This document shows, piece by piece, positions 19,526-27,763 of a stretch of 64,000 bases of DNA. Source of the stretch: an uncultured Actinomycetes bacterium (GTDB taxonomy: Bacteria > Actinomycetota > Thermoleophilia > Gaiellales > JAICJC01). How positions within the stretch are numbered: position 1 is the stretch's first letter; each line of letters begins with the position of its first letter. Under the pieces are notes generated by a model. It was given only the letters and a program-made list of their open reading frames with translations, had not been told where the DNA came from and made no database searches. Made by a program: the position numbers and the translations under genes. The DNA lies in the NCBI GenBank assembly GCA_963809205.1, contig CAWEIS010000025.1, positions 248,896 to 312,895 on the forward strand. The letters run 5' to 3'.

Positions 19526-20836
19526 ATGGCATTGCGTCGCATGGTGGTCCTGGCCGCGCTGGGGGGCACGGCCCTCTTCGCACTGGCGCCGAGTCCGGCG
19601 TCGGTCGGTGCGGGGACGGGTCGGATCACGAAGCAGTCGGGCTGGGTGACGATCACGTCACCCCGGCCCGGCGTCCATGTTCAGCGCAAGACGATCTGGG
19701 TGTCCGGGTACGGCGGCGCTCGGACGATCACGCGCGTCACCTGGCCGATCGGGAACGGCCACGTCTCGCTGGACGCGCAGCCGCTGGGCGCGTACCGCTC
19801 GTCGGACGCCGGCTTCGGCGGCTCCCGGATCAGTGCGCAGTTCGGGCAGGGCGGGTTCATCGCCGGGATCAACGGCGACACGTTCACGGGCAGCTGGGTC
19901 TGCTCGTACTGCCACGTCCACGGCCTGTTCGTTCATGACCGGCAGATCAAGAACTTCGGCGACCAGGGCCCGGGCGTCGGGTTCACGCCGAGCGGCGGCA
20001 TGATCATGGGCCAGCCCGTCGCCCGGCCGACGCAGTTCCTGCTGAAGGGCGGCTTCAAGGCGACCGTCGGCGCGTTCGGCGCGACGCCCTCGTCGCCCTA
20101 CTACGACCAGATCGGCGTCTACACAGGCGGCACCGTGACGCTTCCCGCCAACGCCTACGGCGTGACCGTGGACAGCGGCGTGCTGTCCTCGCTGCTTCGC
20201 ACCAGCACGCCGCGCTCGGTGACCAGCCCGAACGGCATCCGCCGCGAGCCGGTGCAGAGCTTCCGGATTGTCGAGGAGTCCGCGCCCGGCGTCACGCAGC
20301 CGCTTCCCGTGATCGCCTCGTTCACCGGCGGCAGCCAGGCGGTCGTGCCCGCCGGTCAGATGCTGCTCGTCGGCCGCACCGGCGCCTCCGGTCCGTACGC
20401 AGGCAACGCGCTGCAGCGCACGGTCGCCGCGTCGCTCCCCGTGCGCGTGACGATGAGCGACCAGGGCTGGGGCAGCGCAGACGACGTGATGGACGGCAAG
20501 TTCCAGCTGATCGGCGACAGCGTGGCGAAGACCGCGTACCCCGGCTGGAGCGATCCCTGGCCGTGGAGCTGCATGGGCTCCGGCTACGGCTGCTACCGCA
20601 CCGCCGTCGGCCGCAACGGCAACACCGGATTCCTGGCCATCGTCGGCGCATCCCACGGCTACGGCGGCCTGACCACGGCGGACTTCGCGCGGGTGCTGCG
20701 CTCGCTGGGCGCGACGCAGGCGATGGGCTTCGATGCGAACAGCGCCGCCGAGTTCACGCGCAACGGCAAGTCGCCGATCGCTAACCCGGACGGCGGGCGG
20801 ATCATCCCCACCGCCACCGTGCTCCGCTACAACTGA
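19526..20836 (+). CDS. secreted phosphodiester glycosidase (NAGPA/DUF2233)-like protein
   Basis: Signal peptide MALRRMVVLAALGGTALFALAPSPASVGA. The C-terminal GLTTADFARVLRSLGATQAMGFDANSAAEF resembles the NAGPA-domain end. The upstream in-frame start 19490 is also possible. Confidence 0.55.
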   Translation: MALRRMVVLAALGGTALFALAPSPASVGAGTGRITKQSGWVTITSPRPGVHVQRKTIWVSGYGGARTITRVTWPIGNGHVSLDAQPLGAYRSSDAGFGGSRISAQFGQGGFIAGINGDTFTGSWVCSYCHVHGLFVHDRQIKNFGDQGPGVGFTPSGGMIMGQPVARPTQFLLKGGFKATVGAFGATPSSPYYDQIGVYTGGTVTLPANAYGVTVDSGVLSSLLRTSTPRSVTSPNGIRREPVQSFRIVEESAPGVTQPLPVIASFTGGSQAVVPAGQMLLVGRTGASGPYAGNALQRTVAASLPVRVTMSDQGWGSADDVMDGKFQLIGDSVAKTAYPGWSDPWPWSCMGSGYGCYRTAVGRNGNTGFLAIVGASHGYGGLTTADFARVLRSLGATQAMGFDANSAAEFTRNGKSPIANPDGGRIIPTATVLRYN

Positions 20837-20851
20837 GCGGCTTCACGCGAT

Positions 20852-20880
20852 GCAACAACGGGGTCAGACCCCTTTGTTGC
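20852..20880 (+). repeat. palindromic REP-like element, copy 3 (GCAACAACGGGGTCAGACCCCTTTGTTGC)
   Basis: Same core as copy 1. The outer stem is GCAACAA/TTGTTGC instead of GTAACAA/TTGTTAC, a compensatory pair change. Confidence 0.85.
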
Positions 20881-20922
20881 GCGGACTCGCGCAGGCGCGG
20901 CCGTCGTGGCAAACTCACGTCG

Positions 20923-21477
20923 ATGGTCGCCGAGTCGCCCCTTGAGCAGACCGAATATGGGTTCGTGCCCACAGGGAGAGGCTGGTTCGTCCTCAACGCC
21001 CTCGAAGCGCCCTGGTACGAGCGCGACGGTCGTGGTTCTTACTGCGAGTTCGAGGGGTTCGAGAAACAAGATCCGGACTTCTCGCAGCTGGGAATCAATG
21101 TGACACGACTGCGGCCCGGCGAGTCGATGGCGATGTACCACTGGGAGGCCGACCAGGAGGATTTCCTCGTCGTCGCCGGTGCGGCACTGCTCATCGTGGA
21201 AGGCCAGGAACGGCCGCTTCGGCAGTGGGATCTTGTCCACTGCCCGCCGCGGACGGAGCACACGATCATCGGAGCCGGGGAAACGGCATGCGTGATCGTC
21301 GCTGTCGGCGCCCGTGACCGCTCGACGGGAGTCGAGTGGGGCGCGCACACCGCCAACGAAGCCGCACGCCGCCATAACGCCGGGGTTGAGCACGAAACGA
21401 CGGATTCTGGGGAGGCCTACGCGCGTTTCGGAGCGTCCAGGCGAACACAGTACCGCGCAGGCTGGCTGCCGGGTTAG
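20923..21477 (+). CDS. cupin domain protein
   Basis: GESMAMYHWEADQEDFLVVAGAALLIVEGQERPLRQWDLVHCPPRTEHTIIG is a cupin beta-barrel pattern. Confidence 0.75.
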   Translation: MVAESPLEQTEYGFVPTGRGWFVLNALEAPWYERDGRGSYCEFEGFEKQDPDFSQLGINVTRLRPGESMAMYHWEADQEDFLVVAGAALLIVEGQERPLRQWDLVHCPPRTEHTIIGAGETACVIVAVGARDRSTGVEWGAHTANEAARRHNAGVEHETTDSGEAYARFGASRRTQYRAGWLPG

Positions 21478-21497
21478 CCACTGCGTTTGGCGGGCGG

Positions 21498-21531
21498 ATG
21501 TAACAAAGGGGTCTGACCCCGTTGTTACACG
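21498..21531 (-). repeat. palindromic REP-like element, copy 4 (inverted orientation)
   Basis: ATGTAACAAAGGGGTCTGACCCCGTTGTTACACG is the exact reverse complement of 296-329. It supplies the TAA stop of the TMADH-like gene. Confidence 0.85.
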
Positions 21532-23603
21532 AGTGGCCGCTCGCGCAGATACGGCAGCGCGTGGGCGGGATCCGGGGAGTCGATCTCGCGGCCGAGGCGG
21601 TGGCCGTCGAAGATCGCATCGGCGATCAGGCGCGGCGCGACGCAGTCGCCGATGCGGTAGACCGCCTCGACGCCCTCGCGCTCCAGCGCGTCGGGGTCTG
21701 CCACCAGCTCGCGGTACAGCGAGTCGTCGGAGACGCGTTGGGTGACCAGCACGACCGCGTCCACCTCGAGCGTCGAGCGGGCGTCGAACTCGCCGACCAG
21801 CTCGATGCCGCCCTCGGCGACGCGATCCGCCACCACGCCCCGGTGTGCGCCGATGCCGAGCTGGTGCAGCCGCCGCCGGACGGGAAGCCCCTCCAGCGTC
21901 TGGTCGGCGATCGGCGCGACCGACTCGTGGCTGGTGACGAACTCGACCTCGTAGCCCTCGCCGCGCAGCAGCTCGGCCAGCGCAGTGCCGGTGAAGTACC
22001 CCTCGTAATCGACCACCGCCACGCGCCTGCCGGGCGGGCGCTTGCCCTCGAGCATGACCTGCTCGGGCGTCAGCACGTGGGGGAGCGTCGCGTCCGCGCC
22101 GGGGATCGGCCGGCGGGTGACGCCGGACAGGCCGTCGCCCACCCAGTGCGACCCGGTGGCGACGATCACGATCTGGGCGCCGTACTCCAGCACCTGCTGC
22201 GCCGTCAGCGGAGACGAGAGCCCGACCGACACGTTGTCGAGCCGGTCGAGCTGCACCCGCCGGTAGTCGATCACGTGGCCCCACGACCCGAGCCCGGGCA
22301 TCCGCGTGACCCAGCGCATGCAGCCGCCGATGTCGTCGTCGGCGTCGACCATGTGCACCAGCTCCATGCCGCGCTTGCCGAGCACCGTCGCGCACTCCAT
22401 CCCGGCCGGCCCGGCGCCAACGATCAGCACGCCCCGGTCGCGGTTTGAGGCCGGCTCGTACCGCTCCGGATGCCAGCCGCGGCGGTGCTCCTCGCCGGCC
22501 GTCGCGTTCTGCGTGCAGCCCAGGTGGCTGCCCCAGATCGACCGCGAGTAGCAGGCGTTGCAGCCGATGCACTCGCGCACCTCGTCGTAGCGGCCCTCCT
22601 CGATCTTGACCGGCAGGAACGGGTCGGAGATCGACGGCCGCGCGGCGCCGATCAGGTCGACGGTGCCGCCGCGCACGAGGTCGGCCATCCGGTCGGGATC
22701 GGTGAACCGGCCGACCACGACGATTGGCTTGTCGGTCGCCTCGCGAGCGCGACCCGACCACTCCAGCTGGTAGCCCTGGTCGAAGAACCGCGACGGCCCG
22801 GAGTCGAGCCGGCCCGGCCCCCACATCGAGCCGATGACGACGTCCCACAGGTCGACCATGTGATCGGCCGCGCGGATGAACTCGAGCCCGTCCTCGATCG
22901 GCACGCTCGACAGGTCGAGCGTGTCCGCGGCGATCCGCACGGCGATCGCCATGTCATCGCCGACCTCCGCCTTGACCAGCTCGATCGCCTCCAGCCAGAA
23001 CCGCGCGCGGTTCTCGAACGAGCCGCCGTACTCGTCGGTGCGTCGGTTGTAGACGGGGGAGAGGAACTGCGTGGGCAGGTAGGTGTGCGACCCGTACACG
23101 TAGACGATGTCGAAGCCGGCCGACCGCGCCCGCTTGGCCGCCGCCACCCAGTCCTGCTGCACGCGGCGGATGTCGTGCTTGTCCATCGCCTTGGGCACGA
23201 CCACGCTCTCCAGGTCGCTGGCGATCTGCGACGGCGCCAGCTGGACGAGCCGCGACTCCCGGCCCTCGGCGTACACGCCGCCGTGCCACAGCTGGACGCC
23301 GGCCAGCGCGCCGTGCTCGTGCGCCTTGTCGGTCATCAGCGACAGCGCGCGGGCGTCCTCGTCGTCCCACAGCCGCGCCGACACGTACGGCGTCTCGTCC
23401 GACTCGGCGCTGATCGAGCAGTACTCGGTGCACACCGCGGCCCAGCCGCCCTCGGCCTTCATGCCGCGGAAGGCCGCCTGCGTCCACGGCTTCTCGACGC
23501 CGAACCCGGTGCAGTGGGGCACCTGGTAGAAGCGGTTGCGCAGCGTCTTCGGCCCGATCCTGACCGGCTCGAAGAGGATGTCGTGCCGCGGCTCGCGGCT
23601 CAC
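21525..23603 (-). CDS. trimethylamine/dimethylamine/histamine dehydrogenase-like Fe-S flavoprotein (OYE-like FMN domain, 4Fe-4S, ADP-binding domain)
   Basis: The N-terminus DILFEPVRIGPKTLRNRFYQVPHCTG matches the TMADH 6-S-cysteinyl-FMN region. CIGCNACYSRSIWGSHLGCTQN is the Cys cluster, and VLIVGAGPAGMECA is the dinucleotide fold; 692 aa. Confidence 0.85.
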   Translation of the reverse strand: MSREPRHDILFEPVRIGPKTLRNRFYQVPHCTGFGVEKPWTQAAFRGMKAEGGWAAVCTEYCSISAESDETPYVSARLWDDEDARALSLMTDKAHEHGALAGVQLWHGGVYAEGRESRLVQLAPSQIASDLESVVVPKAMDKHDIRRVQQDWVAAAKRARSAGFDIVYVYGSHTYLPTQFLSPVYNRRTDEYGGSFENRARFWLEAIELVKAEVGDDMAIAVRIAADTLDLSSVPIEDGLEFIRAADHMVDLWDVVIGSMWGPGRLDSGPSRFFDQGYQLEWSGRAREATDKPIVVVGRFTDPDRMADLVRGGTVDLIGAARPSISDPFLPVKIEEGRYDEVRECIGCNACYSRSIWGSHLGCTQNATAGEEHRRGWHPERYEPASNRDRGVLIVGAGPAGMECATVLGKRGMELVHMVDADDDIGGCMRWVTRMPGLGSWGHVIDYRRVQLDRLDNVSVGLSSPLTAQQVLEYGAQIVIVATGSHWVGDGLSGVTRRPIPGADATLPHVLTPEQVMLEGKRPPGRRVAVVDYEGYFTGTALAELLRGEGYEVEFVTSHESVAPIADQTLEGLPVRRRLHQLGIGAHRGVVADRVAEGGIELVGEFDARSTLEVDAVVLVTQRVSDDSLYRELVADPDALEREGVEAVYRIGDCVAPRLIADAIFDGHRLGREIDSPDPAHALPYLRERPLV

Positions 23604-25057
23604 TCGCCGGCCTCGATCTCCGCCCGGCGCCGCGCCATGTACTCCTGGAGCTCCTCGTCGACGGCCGGGTCGATTCCCGGATCCTCCCAGCTCACGAGCA
23701 GCGCCTTCCACTCCTTCATCGCGAGCTCGTCCGCGGTGGGCGCGCCCTGCTTCTGCCACGTCACGTACGACTGCGCGCGAAACAGCGGGCTCATGAACGA
23801 CCACTCCTTGAAGTGGGCCAGCGTGTGGTCGTTGGCGAGGAACATCCCACCGGGGCCCTCGGCGCGGACGGCGTCCAGGGCGAGCTCCTCGGCGCCGGCC
23901 TCGAACCCGCGGCCGACGATCCGGAACATCCGCAGCACCTCGAGGTCGAATGCGAACTTCTCGTACGACGCGACCAGGCCGCCCTCCATCCAGCCGCAGG
24001 CGTGGAGCACGAAGTCCGACGCGGCCAGCATCGTCGCCCACAGCGTCATCAGCGTCTCGCTCGCCGCCTGGGCGTCCATCGCCAGGCCGGCGCACAGTCC
24101 GCCGCCGCCGCGGTAGGGGAGGCGGTAGTGGCGGGCCAGCTGCCCGCCGGCGATCGTGCCGAACACCGACTCCGGAGTGCCCAGTGCGGGCGCCCCGCTG
24201 CGCATGTCGACAGCGGTGAAGAACGAGCCGAACAGGCACGGGGCGCCCGGCCGGATCGCCTGGATCAGCGCGACGCCGGACAGCGCCTCGGCCACCTCCA
24301 GCGAGAGCCCGGCCGCCACGCTGACCGGCGCTGTCGCCCCGGCCAGCAGGAACGGCGTGACGATCACCGGCTGGTTGGCCGACGCCCACTCGGTCAGGGC
24401 GTCCACCATCAGCCGGTCCCAGACGAGCGGGCTGTTGGGGTTGACGACGCCCATCACGGCCGGCGTCCGTTCGATCGCCTCGCGCCCGCCGCACGCGATC
24501 GCCGCCAGGTTCACGGCGTCGCGCGCCTTCGGCCCCGACGTTCCGTAGCAGACGTGCGGCTTGTCCGACCAGCGCAGGATCGAGTAGTCCATGTCCATGT
24601 GCCGGCTGTCCTCGGGGAGGTCGTTCGCCTCGACCGTGCCGCCCTGCTGGCAGCCGATCAGCTCGGCCGCGTGCGCCATCTTCACCAGCTCGACGTGGTC
24701 GGCCATCGTGCCGTCGCGCCGCCCGCGCTCCAGATCGTGGGCGAACGGCGAGCCGCCGACCGGCGCCAGCACCAGCGAGCCGCCGCCGATCGTCACCTCG
24801 CGCTCGGGGTTGCGCGGCCGAAGGGTGAAGGTCTCGGGCGCCTTCGCCACCATCTCCATCACGAACTCGCGGTCCCAGCGCACGCGCTCGCCGTCGATCC
24901 GCTGGCCGTGCGACTTCAGCAGCTCGAGCGCCTCCTCCTGGCGGACGTCCGTGCCGATCTCCTCGAGGATCGTCATCGCCTGCTCATGGATCGCCTCGAG
25001 CTGCTCGCCCGCCAGCACCTCTGGGGCGTTCTCCGGAGTGAACATGCGCGCGCCCAT
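23600..25057 (-). CDS. trimethylamine methyltransferase (MttB) family protein, non-pyrrolysine type
   Basis: 485-aa uninterrupted ORF with COG5598/MttB-like sequence throughout (LEAIHEQAMTILEEIG...VVNPNSPLVWD...VIVTPFLLAGATAPV...). The stop overlaps the downstream GTG (GTGA). Confidence 0.85.
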   Translation of the reverse strand: MGARMFTPENAPEVLAGEQLEAIHEQAMTILEEIGTDVRQEEALELLKSHGQRIDGERVRWDREFVMEMVAKAPETFTLRPRNPEREVTIGGGSLVLAPVGGSPFAHDLERGRRDGTMADHVELVKMAHAAELIGCQQGGTVEANDLPEDSRHMDMDYSILRWSDKPHVCYGTSGPKARDAVNLAAIACGGREAIERTPAVMGVVNPNSPLVWDRLMVDALTEWASANQPVIVTPFLLAGATAPVSVAAGLSLEVAEALSGVALIQAIRPGAPCLFGSFFTAVDMRSGAPALGTPESVFGTIAGGQLARHYRLPYRGGGGLCAGLAMDAQAASETLMTLWATMLAASDFVLHACGWMEGGLVASYEKFAFDLEVLRMFRIVGRGFEAGAEELALDAVRAEGPGGMFLANDHTLAHFKEWSFMSPLFRAQSYVTWQKQGAPTADELAMKEWKALLVSWEDPGIDPAVDEELQEYMARRRAEIEAGE

Positions 25058-25097
25058 GGGGCGGCGAATCTAGCAGGTCGCGATCTACACTCGTGCG

Positions 25098-25862
25098 GTG
25101 ATCGCGATGCCGAAGCCGGTTTCCTGGGGTCGCGGGCTGGCGGCCGCGGCGGTCGTCATGGTGGTCTCGCAGCTGGCATTTGTGGCCGGGTTCGAGGTCG
25201 CCCGGCTCGCCCCGTCGGCGCCCGACCGCATCCTCCGCGGCCTGGTTGCCAGCCTGGTCATCGGAGCGCTCACCTGGGTCGCGCTGGCGCTCTCGGCGAG
25301 GCTGCTGTTCCGCCACCGCGAGCGCGACTGGTCGCTGGTCGGCATCTCGCTGCCGCGGCGGACGGTCAGCTCGGTGCTGCTGTTCATCCCGCTGGTCTTC
25401 GTGGTCGCCTACGTGGGCTTCGCCATCTCGCAGCTGCTCGGCCTGACGTCGACGACGGCGATCGACACCGAGCACCGGTCGCAGGGCTACCGGCTGCTGA
25501 TCGCGTTCGCGACGATCGTGATCGCTCCGTGGACCGAGGAGCTGGCGTTCCGCGGCTACCTCTACTCGACGCTGGCCGGCCGCTTCGGCTTCTGGCCGGG
25601 CGCCGTCGTCTCGTCCCTTGCCTGGGCGTCGCTGCACCTCACCTCCGGCGTGCTGATTGCGTTCACCGGCGTCGGCGTCGTCCTCTGCTGGCTTCGCCGC
25701 CGCACCGGCTCGCTGCTGCCCGGCGTCGGGCTGCACGGCGCGTGGAACGCGCTGGCGGCCGGGCTGTCCGGCGCGGGCTGGTGGGTCAGCGGCGGCCTCG
25801 GCCTGCTGGCCGCGAGCATGGTGCTGACCGTCTCCTGGATCCGGGGCCGTGAGCCTGCCTGA
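25098..25862 (+). CDS. CPBP family intramembrane glutamic endopeptidase (CAAX protease/Abi)
   Basis: APWTEELAFRGYLY and SLAWASLH...GLHGAWNAL motifs in a polytopic membrane protein. Confidence 0.8.
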   Translation: MIAMPKPVSWGRGLAAAAVVMVVSQLAFVAGFEVARLAPSAPDRILRGLVASLVIGALTWVALALSARLLFRHRERDWSLVGISLPRRTVSSVLLFIPLVFVVAYVGFAISQLLGLTSTTAIDTEHRSQGYRLLIAFATIVIAPWTEELAFRGYLYSTLAGRFGFWPGAVVSSLAWASLHLTSGVLIAFTGVGVVLCWLRRRTGSLLPGVGLHGAWNALAAGLSGAGWWVSGGLGLLAASMVLTVSWIRGREPA

Positions 25863-26667
25863 GTCGCTTCCCCGCGCGGCGCTGATGGGTGTCGTCAACG
25901 TCACCCCCGACTCGTTCTCGGACGGCGGGCTGTTCCTTGACGCCGGCGCCGCCGTGCAGCACGGGCTGGAACTGGTGGAGGAGGGCGCCCACCTGCTGGA
26001 CGTCGGCGGCGAGTCGACCCGCCCCGGCGCCGACCCTGTGTCCGCCGACGAGGAGCTGGCTCGCGTGATCCCGGTCGTCGAGCGCCTGGCTGCAGAGTCC
26101 GGCGTGCCCGTGTCGATCGACACCGCCAAGGCGGCCGTCGCCGAGCGCGCGCTGGCGGCTGGCGCGACGATGGTCAACGACGTGACGGCGATGCGCGCCG
26201 ACCCGGGCATGGCGGGCGTCGTCGCCGCGGCGGGCGCGGCCGTCTGCCTGATGCACATGCAGGGCACGCCGCGGACGATGCAGGACGACCCGCGCTACGA
26301 CGACGTGGTCGCCGAGATCGTGGAGTTCCTGGGCGAGCGCGTGTCGGCGGCCGTCGAGGCGGGCATCGACGAGCGACGGATCTGCATCGACCCGGGGATC
26401 GGCTTCGGCAAGACCGTCGATCACAACCTGCGGCTTCTGCAGGAGCTGGATGCGCTGTGTGTGCTGGGCCGCCCCGTCGTGGTCGGCGTCTCGCGCAAGC
26501 GGTTCCTGGGCACGCTGACCGGCAGGCCGGAGGGCGACCGCGTCGCGGCGACCGTGGCCGCCAACGTCGCGGCGTTCGAGCGAGGCGCGCGCATCTTCCG
26601 CGTCCACGACGTGGCGCCCAACCGCGACGCGCTGGCCGTCGCCGCGGCGATCGAGGCGGCGTCGTGA
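25849..26667 (+). CDS. folP: dihydropteroate synthase
   Basis: LMGVVNVTPDSFSDGG...LLDVGGESTRPGA...MVNDV...IDPGIGFGKT. Confidence 0.92.
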   Translation: MSLPESLPRAALMGVVNVTPDSFSDGGLFLDAGAAVQHGLELVEEGAHLLDVGGESTRPGADPVSADEELARVIPVVERLAAESGVPVSIDTAKAAVAERALAAGATMVNDVTAMRADPGMAGVVAAAGAAVCLMHMQGTPRTMQDDPRYDDVVAEIVEFLGERVSAAVEAGIDERRICIDPGIGFGKTVDHNLRLLQELDALCVLGRPVVVGVSRKRFLGTLTGRPEGDRVAATVAANVAAFERGARIFRVHDVAPNRDALAVAAAIEAAS

Positions 26668-27023
26668 GCGCTCCGGTGGTCGAGATCGTCGGCCTCGAGG
26701 TGTTCGCCCACCACGGCGTCCATGCGCACGAGCGGCGCAACGGCCAGACCTTCCTGTTCGACGTCCGGCTGGAGTGCTCGAGCTCGGATGCGGAGCGGAG
26801 CGACGACCTTGCGGACGCCGTCGACTACGGCGCCGTCGCCAACCGGGTCGTCGAGCTCGCCCGCGGTGGCCCCTACGACCTGCTGGAGCGACTGGCCGCC
26901 GTGATCGCGGACGACCTGGTCGTCGGCTACCCGGTGGACGCCGTGACCGTGACCGTGCACAAGCCGCAGGCGCCGATTCCGCATCCGTTCGCCGACGTGA
27001 CCGTGACGGTCAGGCGTCCGTAA
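26664..27023 (+). CDS. folB: dihydroneopterin aldolase
   Basis: VEIVGLEVFAHHGVHAHERRNGQTFLFDVRL...DAVDYGAV. GTGA overlap with folP. Confidence 0.88.
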   Translation: MSAPVVEIVGLEVFAHHGVHAHERRNGQTFLFDVRLECSSSDAERSDDLADAVDYGAVANRVVELARGGPYDLLERLAAVIADDLVVGYPVDAVTVTVHKPQAPIPHPFADVTVTVRRP

Positions 27024-27078
27024 CCGGTCGATCGGCCATCCGCCAAAGGTCCTGGGGGTTCCCCACCCGGTTGGGTGG

Positions 27079-27756
27079 GTGTACAACGGAGTAGTGGGCC
27101 AGCCGAGCGTCGTCGTCGTGGAGGATCATCCGCTGTTTCTGCGCGGGCTGGTCTCGCTCCTCGAGGGCGCGGGCCTTTCCGTCGTGGCAACCGCACGCGG
27201 GCTGCACGACGGGCTCGAGGGATTCGAGACGCACCAACCCGACGGTGCGGTGATCGACCTCTACCTGGATGGCGGCAGCGGCGTCGACATGATCCGCCGG
27301 ATCCGCGAGCGCCACGGCGACCGCCCCAAGCTGATCGTGCTGACCGTGTCGCGCGATCCGTCGGACATGCTGGCCGCGGTGCGCGCCGGCGCCGACGGCT
27401 ACCTGACCAAGGACCAGTCGCCCGACGGCCTGGCACGGGCGATCCGCGGTGCCTTCGACGGCGAGGCCGCGATCTCCCGGCAGATGGTCGCGCACCTGTT
27501 CCGCGATGCGCGGGCGACGTCGCGCCCGGCGGCGGCCACGGCCAGCGCCCGCAGGCGCCTGACCCCGCGGCAGCTCGAGATCCTGCAGATGATCGCCTCC
27601 GGCGCCACCACCGCCGAGATCGCCGAGCGCCTGTACCTCTCACCGGAGACGGTGCGCTGGCACGTCAAGGCGATCCTGCGCAAGCTGGGCGCGCGCACGC
27701 GCGCCGAAGCCGCGGCGACCCTACGAGAGGTCGGCGCGGCTCCGGCGGCACGCTGA
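27079..27756 (+). CDS. NarL/FixJ (LuxR-type) response regulator
   Basis: Receiver domain (VVVVEDHPLF...AVIDLYLDGGSG...LTVS...GADGYLTKD) plus C-terminal LTPRQLEILQMIASGATTAEIAERLYLSPETVRWHVKAILRKLG. The start may instead be GTG 27094. Confidence 0.88.
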   Translation: MYNGVVGQPSVVVVEDHPLFLRGLVSLLEGAGLSVVATARGLHDGLEGFETHQPDGAVIDLYLDGGSGVDMIRRIRERHGDRPKLIVLTVSRDPSDMLAAVRAGADGYLTKDQSPDGLARAIRGAFDGEAAISRQMVAHLFRDARATSRPAAATASARRRLTPRQLEILQMIASGATTAEIAERLYLSPETVRWHVKAILRKLGARTRAEAAATLREVGAAPAAR

Positions 27757-27763
27757 TGTGCTG

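Noticed and set aside
20827-22848. 673-aa - strand ORF, and the 989-aa ORF 21525-24494 as single proteins
   Set aside because: The real genes are the TMADH-like ORF starting at GTG 23603 and the MttB-family ORF in a different frame. The long extensions are upstream read-through without coding character.
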